From an uncultured Actinomycetota bacterium (lineage in GTDB: Bacteria > Actinomycetota > Actinomycetes > Mycobacteriales > Nakamurellaceae), in contig OY969473.1 in assembly GCA_963700115.1 (NCBI GenBank), forward strand, positions 2,499,446 to 2,563,445: 64,000 nucleotides of DNA. The letters run 5' to 3'. Under the pieces are notes generated by a model. It was not told the DNA's origin. It did no database searches and was given only the letters and a program-made list of their open reading frames with translations. The position numbers were made by a program, and so were the translations under genes. Each line of letters opens with the position of its first letter. Position 1 is the stretch's first letter. Of this stretch, positions 19,940 through 29,725 are shown piece by piece.

Positions 19940-21379
19940 TCACCTGCCGGTCGGGGCCTTCTGCCGCCGGTCCAGAGCATCGACGTCGGCCAGGTCGGTG
20001 CCCTTGGTCTCCTTGTAGAGGATGGTGCCGATCAGCGACACCACACCCATGATCGCGACGTAGATGGCGACCTTGGACCAGTCGGAGTTCGCCTCGGTCA
20101 CCGGGGTGCCCTTGGCGGCCACGTTGCTGAGCAGGGCCACCCCGACCAGCGGTGCGATCGAGCCGGAGAACACGCTGGTCAGCTGGGCGCCGATGGAGAC
20201 CGCGGTGTAACGGATCTTCGTCGGGAACATCTCGCTCATCAACGCCGGCTGCACCGCGTACATCAGACCGTGCACGAGTACGCCGAGGACCAGCCCGAGG
20301 GTGAACCACAACGGCGAACCGCCGTCCCGGCTGCCGTCGAAGAGCGAGAAGCCCACCCATGCGTAGACGATCATCAGCACCGCACCGGTCATGTAGATCG
20401 GCCGTCGGCCGATCCGATCCGCCCAGCCCGCCACGTACGGAATCCAGAAGATCTCCACGGCATGGGCGATGAGCATGAAGCCCAGGATCGGCACCGGCTT
20501 GATCCCGATACCGGTCAGGTAGGTGATGGAGAACGTGACGACCGTGTAGTACAGGACGTTCTCACCTGCTCGGCACAGCATCGAGACGATGATCTCCCGC
20601 GGGTACAACCGGAAGACGTCGATGAATGCCGGCCGGTGGCTGACCATCTCCTCTTCCTGCGCGCTGGCCTGCTTGAAGATCGGGGCGTCCTCGACGCTGC
20701 GGCGGATCCACCAGCCGACGAACACGATCACCGCGGACAACCAGAACGCGATCCGCCAGCCCCACGCGAAGAAGTCGTCCTGGGAAAGGGTGGTATTCAG
20801 GACGAGCATCACCACGGTCGCGATCAGGTTGCCCAGCGGCACCCCCACCTGCGGGAAGCTCCCCCAGAAGGCCCGCCGGTTGTTCGGTGAGTGCTCGGAG
20901 ATCAGCAGCACCGCACCGCCCCACTCGCCACCCACGGCGAAGCCCTGGATGAAGCGCAGGACGACCAGGAGAAGCGGCGCCCCGAAGCCGATCGTGGCGT
21001 AGCTGGGGATACAGCCCATCAGGAAGGTCGCGATTCCGACGATGAAGATCGACAGCTGCAGCAGCTTCTTACGTCCGTACTTGTCGCCGAAGTGCCCGAA
21101 GACCAGGCCGCCGAGCGGTCGAGCGACGAAACCGACGGCATAGGTCGAGAAGCCGTAGATCAGGCCCGCCCGCGCCGTCTCACCGGGGAAGAACACGACA
21201 CTGAAGACGCCGAGGGCGACCGCGGTGCCGTAGACGAAGAATTCGTACCACTCGACCACGGTGCCGGCCATCGAGGCCGCGACCACCTTCTTCAGACTCG
21301 TCTTCCCGGCGGGCGGTACGTCGTCCGCAGAGACCGGTCCCTTCACAGGCGGGACATGGGACCCGGTGGAATCACTCAT
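19940..21379 (-). CDS. MFS transporter, metabolite:H+ symporter (ShiA/ProP-like)
   Basis: GTVVEWYEF, ARPLGGLVFGHFGDKYGRK, GGEWGGA, EMFPTKIRYT. Confidence 0.93.
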   Translation of the reverse strand: MSDSTGSHVPPVKGPVSADDVPPAGKTSLKKVVAASMAGTVVEWYEFFVYGTAVALGVFSVVFFPGETARAGLIYGFSTYAVGFVARPLGGLVFGHFGDKYGRKKLLQLSIFIVGIATFLMGCIPSYATIGFGAPLLLVVLRFIQGFAVGGEWGGAVLLISEHSPNNRRAFWGSFPQVGVPLGNLIATVVMLVLNTTLSQDDFFAWGWRIAFWLSAVIVFVGWWIRRSVEDAPIFKQASAQEEEMVSHRPAFIDVFRLYPREIIVSMLCRAGENVLYYTVVTFSITYLTGIGIKPVPILGFMLIAHAVEIFWIPYVAGWADRIGRRPIYMTGAVLMIVYAWVGFSLFDGSRDGGSPLWFTLGLVLGVLVHGLMYAVQPALMSEMFPTKIRYTAVSIGAQLTSVFSGSIAPLVGVALLSNVAAKGTPVTEANSDWSKVAIYVAIMGVVSLIGTILYKETKGTDLADVDALDRRQKAPTGR

Positions 21380-21779
21380 CGGTGAGCTCCTCTGTTGCTG
21401 TCGCGGGTGCTGCGTGGATCGGGCGGGGACGGGTTCCTGTCGTGCTGACCGGCGCGCCTGGCGGTGTGACGGACAGCCCGAGTGGGTTCAGGACACGCCT
21501 TCGTGGCGTGACCATGCCAGCCGGTTCGCCGAATCGCCACCGGAACGGCGGATACGACGGTTGGCGCCTGAGCGAACCGGACGATCTCCTGATCCGGCCC
21601 TCAGTGACATACCCACGCGGCGCGCTTCGAGTCGGCAGCCGACGATCTTGTCGGTGTCGACGCGTATTGCCGGTGTCGTCGTGTCGGCGGCGTCGTCGCG
21701 ACCGGGGTTGGCGTGGGGACCTATCGTGCTGCGTATGCGTCCGCCCGCCCGGCCGGACGACCACCGTCGGAGGTCCACG

Positions 21780-22887
21780 ATGCAGATCACCGGAGCCGTC
21801 CTGGAGGAGATCGGACGAGAGCGCCCCTACGCCCGCTCCCGACCTCTCACGATCGCCACGCTCGACCTCGAGCCGCCGGGACCCGGCGAGATCCTGGTCC
21901 GGATGGAGGCGGCCGGGGTGTGCCATTCCGACCTGTCGGTGGTGAACGGGAACCGGGTCCGGCCGGTGCCGATGCTGCTGGGTCACGAAGCCGCCGGCCG
22001 GGTCGAGCGCCGTGGTGCCGGCGTGGACGACCTGGCCGACGGCGACCGGGTGGTCATGACGTTTCTGCCGCGCTGCGGCGACTGTCCGGGGTGCGCCACC
22101 GACGGACGGATGCCGTGTGTCCTCGGGGCCGCCGCCAACACCGCCGGCGAACTGCTCGGCGGCGGCGGCCGGCTGCACCGCGACGGCATCCCAATCCGCC
22201 ACCACCTCGGCGTCTCCGGGTTCGCGACGTACGCCGTGGTCGACCGGCGGTCCGCGGTGGTGGTCGGCGATGACGTACCGCCTGAGATCGCCGCCGTACT
22301 CGGGTGCGCGGTCCTGACCGGTGGCGGCGCGGTGATCAACGCCGGCCGGCCGGTCGCCGGCCAGGACGTGATCGTCGTGGGCCTCGGCGGTGTCGGGATG
22401 GCCGCCCTGATCACGGCGGTGTCCCTGGGCCACGGCGCGGTGGTCGGAGTGGACGGCGTGCCCGAGAAGCGTGCGCAGGCGCTGGACCTCGGTGCCGTCG
22501 CCGCGTACAGCCCGCAGGAGGTCGTCGAACGCGGTGTCGTCGCGCCGGTGGTGATCGAAGCCGCCGGCAATGTGCGGGCCTTCGAGACCGCCGTCGCCGT
22601 CACCGCACCGGGCGGCACGACCGTCACCGTCGGGCTTCCGGCACCGAGACGCCCGGGCGCAGATCTCCCCGACCACGCTGGTCGGTGAGGCCCGCACGAT
22701 CATCGGCAGCTACCTCGGGTCGGCTGTCCCGTCCCGCGACATCCCCACCTACGCCCAGCTCTGGCGCGAGGGCAGACTGCCGGTCGAATCGCTCATCTCG
22801 TCGCGCATCGGGCTCACCGACATCAACGAGGCCATGGACCAGCTGGCGGACGCCCAGGCGATCCGGCAGGTCATCCTGTTCGACTGA
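21780..22887 (+). CDS. Zn-dependent alcohol dehydrogenase, frameshifted near 22645
   Basis: GVCHSDL, LGHEAAG, GLGGVG; C-terminus GSYLGS..GRLPVESL is in ORF 22570-22887. Confidence 0.9.
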
Positions 22888-23104
22888 AGCTCGGTGCCCG
22901 GGCCCCGGCCGCAGCCCCGGAACCCCTGCGGTGGAACCCCTATCGCAATGATCCGTCAGTGACCGCGGTCGGCGAGACCATCGGCGCCATCACCGTCGGA
23001 ATCCGCGGCCGGCGAGCAGGCCGGGCCGATCTGGGTCCCGTCGTCACGCCGACAGCGGTGCGGGTGGGCACCGGTGCGCGGCAACACCGCTGCCCACCGC
23101 CCGG

Positions 23105-23266
23105 TCAGCGGCTGGAGCTCTTGAACAGTCCCTTGACGAAGCCGTAGGCGACGGTCGCGAGCAGCAGCACGATACCGATGATGGCGAGCCAGACGAGGCC
23201 CTTGACGATGAAACCGATGAACGTGAAGGCGAGCCAGAGGATGAGCAGACCGATGATGATTCCCAT
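23105..23266 (-). CDS. Small two-TM membrane protein (53 aa)
   Basis: MGIIIGLLILWLAFTFIGFIVKGLVWLAIIGIVLLLATVAYG; GGGGAG upstream. Confidence 0.75.
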   Translation of the reverse strand: MGIIIGLLILWLAFTFIGFIVKGLVWLAIIGIVLLLATVAYGFVKGLFKSSSR

Positions 23267-23533
23267 GACGCAGCAACCTACTCCCCACTGACGGCAAACC
23301 CGTGAAGGCGCGGCGCCGGACGGGTCGCACAGGAAGTAGTGGCAGAGGGCGTGAGATGTACGCGCGGCGCCTCTGGTCGAACACCTGTCGACAGATTCGT
23401 TGCGCCACAACCGCTGCACCGCAGGTGTCTTCACAAGCCCCTTCCGCCGTCACGGTCGACCGGGCGCGTTCCACGGCGGCCTGCTGCGGCCCACGACGTC
23501 CGTCGTGGCGACCTCGGTCGGCATACTGACCCG

Positions 23534-25024
23534 ATGACACCGACACGTGCCGGCGCCCTGGTCTTCCTCACCTCGGCGGTGGTGCTGGTGATGGAGATCC
23601 TGGCCGCCCGGCTGCTCGCGCCCTACGTCGGTGTCACGCTGGAGACGTACACGGGCATCATCGGCACGATCCTGGCGGCGATCGCGTTCGGCGCGTGGTC
23701 GGGCGGCCGGTTGGCCGACCGCCGGGATCCGCAACTGCTGCTCGGTCCCATCCTCCTGCTCGGCGGTGCGCTCTCGCTGCTGGTCGTGCCGATCGTGCGG
23801 CTGGTCGGGACTGTCCCGCTGGGCACGGGGCCCGAGGCCGTCCTGGTGTTCGCCGGCCTGGCCTTCTTCCTGCCCGCCGCAGTGCTGTCGGCGGTGCCCC
23901 CTGTCATCATCAAGATGCAGCTGGCCGACCTGGGCAAGACCGGCCGCACGGTGGGCAGGCTGTCGGCACTGGGCACCGTGGGGGCCATCGTCGGCACCTT
24001 CGCCACCGGGTTCGTGATGGTCGCCGCCTGGCCCACCACGCCGATCCTGATCGGCGTCGCCGTGGTGGCTCTCGCGATGGGAATCGCCGTCGAGATCTCC
24101 GTGCGCCGCCGGAGCGCGCTCCCTTTCCCCACGGCGCTGGCCGCCGCCGCGGTGCTGCTGGCAACCGGCGGTGGCTTCGGGATCGACCGGCTGAACGAGG
24201 CGCTGGACCCGTGCGAGCGGGAGTCGGCCTACTTCTGCGCCCGGGTCGTTCCCGATCTGGCCGGCTGCCCCGACGGGCTGACGCTGTATCTGGACACGTT
24301 GCGGCACAGCTGCATCCACCCCGACGACCCGGGACGCCTCGACTTCTCCTACGCCCAGCTGTTCGCCGATACGCTCGTCGCCGCGGGCCCGGACGGTGCC
24401 GCTCTGGACACCGTGCACGTCGGCGGCGGCGGCTTCAGCCTCCCCCGCTACCTCGAGGTGAGCCACCCAGGATCGACCAGCCTGGTCCTCGAGCTGGACC
24501 CGACCCTGGTCGAGATCGCCGAGGAGCAGCTCGGTCTGACCCTGTCCGACGCATTGCAGGTACGCACCGGCGACGCCCGCACCGCTATGCGAACAGTGCC
24601 CGCGGACTCCGCGGACGTGGTGCTGGGTGACGCGTTCGGCGGGCTCGCCGTGCCGTGGCACCTGACCACCGTCGAATGGCTGGCCGAGGTCGAACGGGTG
24701 ATGCGGCCCGACGGTCAGTACCTGATCAACGTCATCGACGGACCGGACCGCAACTTCGCCCGAGCCGAGACCGCCACCCTCCGCGAGGTCTTCGACCACG
24801 TCGCGGTGCTGGGCCCGCCCGACCGGCTGAGCGGGACGGTCGGCGGCAACCTCGTCCTGCTGGCGTCGGACGCCCCGCTGGACCGGGCCGCCATCCTGGC
24901 CGCCAACCGCGCGCGCGGTGACGACGACGAGATGCTCACCGATCAGGCGCTCACCGACTGGATCGACGGCGCCGCACCGCTGACCGACGACTTCGCCCCG
25001 GTCGATCAGCTGATCGCGCGCTGA
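23534..25024 (+). CDS. Fused MFS / spermidine-synthase-like SAM-dependent protein
   Basis: About 7 N-terminal TMs (EILAARLLAPYVG); ESAY, HVGGGG, ELDP, GDAR, DAF, LTDDFAP. Confidence 0.9.
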   Translation: MTPTRAGALVFLTSAVVLVMEILAARLLAPYVGVTLETYTGIIGTILAAIAFGAWSGGRLADRRDPQLLLGPILLLGGALSLLVVPIVRLVGTVPLGTGPEAVLVFAGLAFFLPAAVLSAVPPVIIKMQLADLGKTGRTVGRLSALGTVGAIVGTFATGFVMVAAWPTTPILIGVAVVALAMGIAVEISVRRRSALPFPTALAAAAVLLATGGGFGIDRLNEALDPCERESAYFCARVVPDLAGCPDGLTLYLDTLRHSCIHPDDPGRLDFSYAQLFADTLVAAGPDGAALDTVHVGGGGFSLPRYLEVSHPGSTSLVLELDPTLVEIAEEQLGLTLSDALQVRTGDARTAMRTVPADSADVVLGDAFGGLAVPWHLTTVEWLAEVERVMRPDGQYLINVIDGPDRNFARAETATLREVFDHVAVLGPPDRLSGTVGGNLVLLASDAPLDRAAILAANRARGDDDEMLTDQALTDWIDGAAPLTDDFAPVDQLIAR

Positions 25025-25223
25025 TCCGGGTCGCCGTCGCCTCCAGCGGTCACCCGCACGTGGGCGACCACGGCGGGCCGGACTTCATCCGGCGGCAGTG
25101 GTCTGGACCGCTGCACACGCCCGATGCCGGTGCCCGATGGAACGACGACGACGTCGCCGGCCAGGACGGCCGGACCGACGACGAGATCGTGCTCCACCCG
25201 GGCCGGGGCATCCCGGTCCGGAG

Positions 25224-26609
25224 TCAGGACCTGGGTAGCCGCATCGCCCGCAGGATCGCGTCGTGGACGTCGGTGTTCTTGATGAACCCAGCCAGCCGGT
25301 CGGCCCCGGGGCCCTCGGCGGTGACCGGGGTGGCCGCACCGGTGTGGTTGCCGGTGCTCCAGTCGATGGACATCACCAGATCCGAGTTCGCGATCGGGAT
25401 GAGGTCCTCGGCCTGCTCCCCGACGCCGTTCTCCTCCGCGCTGCCCTCCGGATCGACATTTTCGATGGCCAGCCCACCGGTCTCGTGGTCGCCGACCACG
25501 AGGACCAGCGTGCCCGGTGTCCGAGCGGCGAAGTCCAGGGCCATCGACACCGTGTCGTCGAGCGCCTCGCCGGCCTTCACGGTCAGCGTGGCGTTGCCGT
25601 GGTGCTCCATCTCGTCGATCCCCTCCTCCTCGATGAGCAGGAAGAAGCCGTCGCGGTCATGCGAGAGCAGGTCCAGGGCCTTGATGGCCATCGTCTTCAG
25701 CGGCACCGACGGGTCGTAGATGGCGTTCGCGCTCTCGTCGCGATGCTCGAACATCTCCTCGTTGGCGAACAAGCCGAGCACCCGGCCCTCGGAGACGTCG
25801 GCCAGACTCTCGCCATCGCTCACGTAGCTGTAGCCGAGCTCCTGGGCGCGCTTGATGAGATTGCCGGCGGTGCCCTTGCTCTGCTCGGTCGGGTCGGTCA
25901 CCGGGTTGTCGGACCATGCCCCGGCGTCGCCCGCCGGCAGCCAGAAGTCCTCGCCGCCACCGAGGATGACGTCGGGCTTGCTCTCCTCGAGGTACTGACG
26001 GGCGATCTCGCTCTGGTCCGAGCGGTCCAGCACATGCGCGCCGAACGCCGCCGGGGTGGCGTCAGTGACCTGCGAGGTGGTCACCAGGCCGGTCGCCTTC
26101 CCGGCCCGGGCCGCCCTCTCGAGCAGCGTGGTGACCGGATTGCCGTCCAGATCGACCCCGATGGCACCGTTGTAGGTGCGGACCCCGGTGGAGTACGCGG
26201 TGGCGGCCGCTGCGGAATCGGTGATCGCTTCCTCGGGGTCGGCGGAGTCGGTGTGAACGAGGCCGGTGACGTCCATCTGGTTCATCGCCAGCTCACCGTC
26301 CTGGCCCTTGGTGGCCAACCGGATCAGCTCCCGGGCGGCGATCCCCATGCCGTCACCCTGGATGAAGATGACGTTGCGTGCCCTGGACCCGTGGCCGTGC
26401 CCCCTCCGGTCGCCGTGTCGGCCGCCGTCGTCGCCGGCCTCCGTGCCGTCGTACACGGTCCGATCCGGTGACGCCGTGGCCACGCTCATGCTGGCTCCGG
26501 CCATCGTCGGGGCGGACGAGCCGACCACCGCCGCCGACGCGGCGACGGCGACCACCGCCGCCGCTGAACCGGTCACGAATCGGGACGACCATCTCGTGGT
26601 GCGCAGCAT
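25224..26609 (-). CDS. phoA: Secreted alkaline phosphatase (PhoA family)
   Basis: IQGDGMG, TDSAAAATA, TDATPAAF, EEGIDEMEH, GDHETGG, HTG; signal peptide; GAGGAGG RBS. Confidence 0.9.
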   Translation of the reverse strand: MLRTTRWSSRFVTGSAAAVVAVAASAAVVGSSAPTMAGASMSVATASPDRTVYDGTEAGDDGGRHGDRRGHGHGSRARNVIFIQGDGMGIAARELIRLATKGQDGELAMNQMDVTGLVHTDSADPEEAITDSAAAATAYSTGVRTYNGAIGVDLDGNPVTTLLERAARAGKATGLVTTSQVTDATPAAFGAHVLDRSDQSEIARQYLEESKPDVILGGGEDFWLPAGDAGAWSDNPVTDPTEQSKGTAGNLIKRAQELGYSYVSDGESLADVSEGRVLGLFANEEMFEHRDESANAIYDPSVPLKTMAIKALDLLSHDRDGFFLLIEEEGIDEMEHHGNATLTVKAGEALDDTVSMALDFAARTPGTLVLVVGDHETGGLAIENVDPEGSAEENGVGEQAEDLIPIANSDLVMSIDWSTGNHTGAATPVTAEGPGADRLAGFIKNTDVHDAILRAMRLPRS

Positions 26610-26956
26610 CGCGCCTCCTCACTCGCGGCGCCGGCACCGTTGCGTGGCGCACCGGGCCAGATTCACACACGGTGCACCGTGTAGCAATCCGAACGAGTTA
26701 ATGCTCGTACCGGTTAGGTCACGCTTCTGACAGGCGGCCGGGGAGGACCGCCGTCGATGCCAGGTCACATTGCCATTCCAGCGCTGAGCCACCCGGACGT
26801 GCATGCTCTCTCTGGAAAGACCACGGACCCAGGGACCGGTGGAATCCGCCATCCCCACAGCAGGGCACCCTCTTCCCGGTCTCCGCAGCGGGTGATTCCG
26901 GTGAGATCCAAGAGTGAGCGTACGAACTCCAACCCGGGTACACAGCTCACTTGCGG

Positions 26957-28405
26957 TCAGCCTTCGGGCCGCTCCACGACGTGCACCAGGGAATGCGGCG
27001 CTCCGACGTCCGGCGCCAGGAACGAGTCGGGTGCCAGGATGCCGAGCGGGTCGAAGGCCGCCTTGACGGCGCGCTGCAGCAACAACTGAGTGTCCCCCAG
27101 TTCGTCGCGGAGCCAGCGCCGCTTCACCACGCCGACACCGTGCTCACCGCTGATGGTGCCGCCCAGAGCGAGGGCGGCCCGGACCAGTTCGTCGGCCGCC
27201 CGGTCGAGGACCGCAGGCGGCCGCGTCTCGCCCGGGCGCTTGGGGGCCGACAGCGCGGGGTGCAGGTTGCCATCCCCCGCGTGGGCCAGGGTGGCCACGA
27301 GAAGTCCATGGCGGGCCCCGATCTCCTCGACCGCCCGGATCATCTCGACGAGCCGGGACCGGGGCACGACGACGTCCTCACCGATCTTCCAACGGTCCGG
27401 CTGCGGGCCTCGTCCGGTGCGGCGGAGTTCGATGAACCGGGTCGCCTCGTCCCCGTGCACCCGGCGGGCGGCGGCACCGGCAAACGCGAGGACGTCCACC
27501 AGTTCGTCGGCCTCCCGGTCAGCGCCGTGGCCGTCGGTCTGTATCAGCAGCAGAGCCCGGCCGTGAGCCAGGAGGTCGGTACCGCGATGGGCGTCGATGT
27601 CGGCCATCGTCCCGGCGTCCATCAACTCGACCATGCTCGGCTGTACCCGGGAGCGGACGACCGCCTCGACAGCGGCCCCGGCGTCGGCCAGCGAAGCGGT
27701 GAAAACGACCAGCGTCTCGGTCCGGGCCGGCAGCGGCCGTAGCCGCAGCGTCGCCCCGACGACCACCCCGAGAGTGCCCTCGCTGCCGACGAACAGGCCC
27801 ACGAGGTCGAGCCCGGTCACCCCCTTGATCGTCCGGTGGCCGGTGCTGATCAGCGAACCGTCGGCGAGGACGACGTCCAGGGCCAACACCGATTCCCGGG
27901 TCACGCCGTACTTGACGCAGCGCAGGCCGCCGGCGTTGGTGGCGATGTTCCCGCCGAGGGTCGACAGGGCGTAGCTGGCCGGGTCCGGTGCGTACCGCAG
28001 GCCCACGCCGGCCGCGGCCCGATCGAGGTCCGCGGTGATCACTCCCGGCTGCACCACGGCGATCTCGTCGTCCGGCTCGATGGCCACGATCCGGTTGAGA
28101 CGTTCGGTGGACAGCACGATCCCACCCGGTGGGGCGATGGCGGCACCGCTCAGACCGGTACCCGCGCCGCGGACGACGACCGGGGTGCGATGCGCCGTCG
28201 CGATCCGCAGCGTCTCCTGTACGTCGGCCACGTCGGCCGGCCGGACCACCGCGGCGGCCGGTCCGCGACTGTGCAGGCCCGTCCAGTCGGTGGCGCAACG
28301 GGCGATGGTGGCCGGGTCGGTGGCCACCGCGTCGGGCGGCAGGGCAGCAAGCAGCGCCGTGACGACATCCACGGACACCTCCCCTCGCAGGTTGCCGAGA
28401 CCCAT
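26957..28405 (-). CDS. FAD-linked oxidase (GlcD/D-lactate dehydrogenase family)
   Basis: RGAGTGLSG, GGNIATNAGG..KYG, GSEGTLG, HAGDGNLH, SGEHGVG. Alternative start GTG 28372. Confidence 0.9.
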   Translation of the reverse strand: MGLGNLRGEVSVDVVTALLAALPPDAVATDPATIARCATDWTGLHSRGPAAAVVRPADVADVQETLRIATAHRTPVVVRGAGTGLSGAAIAPPGGIVLSTERLNRIVAIEPDDEIAVVQPGVITADLDRAAAGVGLRYAPDPASYALSTLGGNIATNAGGLRCVKYGVTRESVLALDVVLADGSLISTGHRTIKGVTGLDLVGLFVGSEGTLGVVVGATLRLRPLPARTETLVVFTASLADAGAAVEAVVRSRVQPSMVELMDAGTMADIDAHRGTDLLAHGRALLLIQTDGHGADREADELVDVLAFAGAAARRVHGDEATRFIELRRTGRGPQPDRWKIGEDVVVPRSRLVEMIRAVEEIGARHGLLVATLAHAGDGNLHPALSAPKRPGETRPPAVLDRAADELVRAALALGGTISGEHGVGVVKRRWLRDELGDTQLLLQRAVKAAFDPLGILAPDSFLAPDVGAPHSLVHVVERPEG

Positions 28406-28467
28406 TGTGATCAGTTCGGGGCGCCGTGACGGCCGGCGCGGCCGCCGGTCGCCTTTCGTCGGACGAC

Positions 28468-29685
28468 TCAGGCGGTGGCGGCGGGCGACTTCTCGGCGAT
28501 GAGTCGGCTGCCCTTCTCGTAGTCGTCGTCGGCCTCGTGCGTCAGCACGCCGACCGCGACACCGTCCGTGGAGTACCAAGCGGTGAAGGAACCCGCACCG
28601 TGGTCGACCACCTCGACCTCGTCGTAGCCGTCGCCCCACGACTTGTACTGCAGCGAGTGCTCGCCGATGGTCGACCAGAACCCCGGGACGTCGGTCCAGG
28701 AGTCGGCCACCCCGGCCGCGGAGCGGCCCGCGATGGTGCCCATCCGGTCCGCCTCGCCCCAGTGCTCGACACGGAGCCGGCGTCCGGCGGTGGCGTTCTC
28801 CGCCATCACCACGTCCCCGGCCGCGAACACCCCGGGGACCGCGGTGGCCATCGAGGCGTCGACGAGTATCCGGCCGTCGTCGGACAGCGCGAGTCCGGCC
28901 AGGCCGGCAACCGTGCTGTTGGGCGTCACGCCGAGCGCGGCGAGGACGAGATCGCCCTGGTAGCTGGCGTTGTCGGTGACGACGGCGCCGCCGGGATCGA
29001 TGCTGCGGACCGGCTCGGACGACACGATGGTGACGCCGACGGCCGTCAGCCAGCCGGCGATCCGCTCGGCGACGTCGCGGCCCAGCCGCTTCAACTGGGG
29101 CAGCTCCTCCGAGGTCACCATGGTGACGTCCACCCCACGGCGGGCCATGGTGGCTGCCGCCTCGCATCCGATGAAGCCCGACCCGATGACGACGGCCCGC
29201 TTCGCGCTGCCGGCCGCGGTGCGCAGGAAGCGCCCGTCGTCCAAGGACCGCAGCTTGGCCACCGCGGGGTGGTCACCGCCGTCGACGGGCGGCACAGCCG
29301 CTGCGCACCCGGTGGCGAGAACGACCTTCTCGTAGGTGATCTCGCGGCCCGACGCAGTGGTGACGACACGGGTGCCGGTGTCGAGGCCGGACACCGGCTC
29401 GGACAGCCACAGCTCGATGTCCCGGTCGTCGTAGTCGGCGAGCGGACGCTGCAGCATCTCGTCGTCGCGGACGTCGCCACTCAGGAAGCCCTTGGACAGC
29501 GGTGGGCGGCGGTAGGGCGGGGTGTCCTCGGCGGTGATCAGGACGACGCGGCCGCTGCCGCCCGCCTCGCGGTAGGCCGCCGCCGCGGAACGGCCGGCGG
29601 GCCCGCCGCCGATCACGATCAGGGCGGCGGATTCGGTGTCGGTGCCGGTCTGGGTGGGAACCGTGGGGTCAACGGGAGTGGTCAT
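28468..29685 (-). CDS. NAD(P)/FAD-dependent ferredoxin-reductase-like oxidoreductase
   Basis: GGGPAG, PYRRPPLSK, LATG, GSGFIGCE, AAGD, RVEHW, PGFWS. Confidence 0.9.
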   Translation of the reverse strand: MTTPVDPTVPTQTGTDTESAALIVIGGGPAGRSAAAAYREAGGSGRVVLITAEDTPPYRRPPLSKGFLSGDVRDDEMLQRPLADYDDRDIELWLSEPVSGLDTGTRVVTTASGREITYEKVVLATGCAAAVPPVDGGDHPAVAKLRSLDDGRFLRTAAGSAKRAVVIGSGFIGCEAAATMARRGVDVTMVTSEELPQLKRLGRDVAERIAGWLTAVGVTIVSSEPVRSIDPGGAVVTDNASYQGDLVLAALGVTPNSTVAGLAGLALSDDGRILVDASMATAVPGVFAAGDVVMAENATAGRRLRVEHWGEADRMGTIAGRSAAGVADSWTDVPGFWSTIGEHSLQYKSWGDGYDEVEVVDHGAGSFTAWYSTDGVAVGVLTHEADDDYEKGSRLIAEKSPAATA

Positions 29686-29725
29686 GATCGACACCTTCCC
29701 CCGATCGGCCCCGAAGCAAGCGCCT

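Noticed and set aside
26659-26720. PHO boxes upstream of phoA (ATTCAC..GTGCAC at 11-nt spacing)
   Set aside because: Too degenerate from GTTCAC to call.
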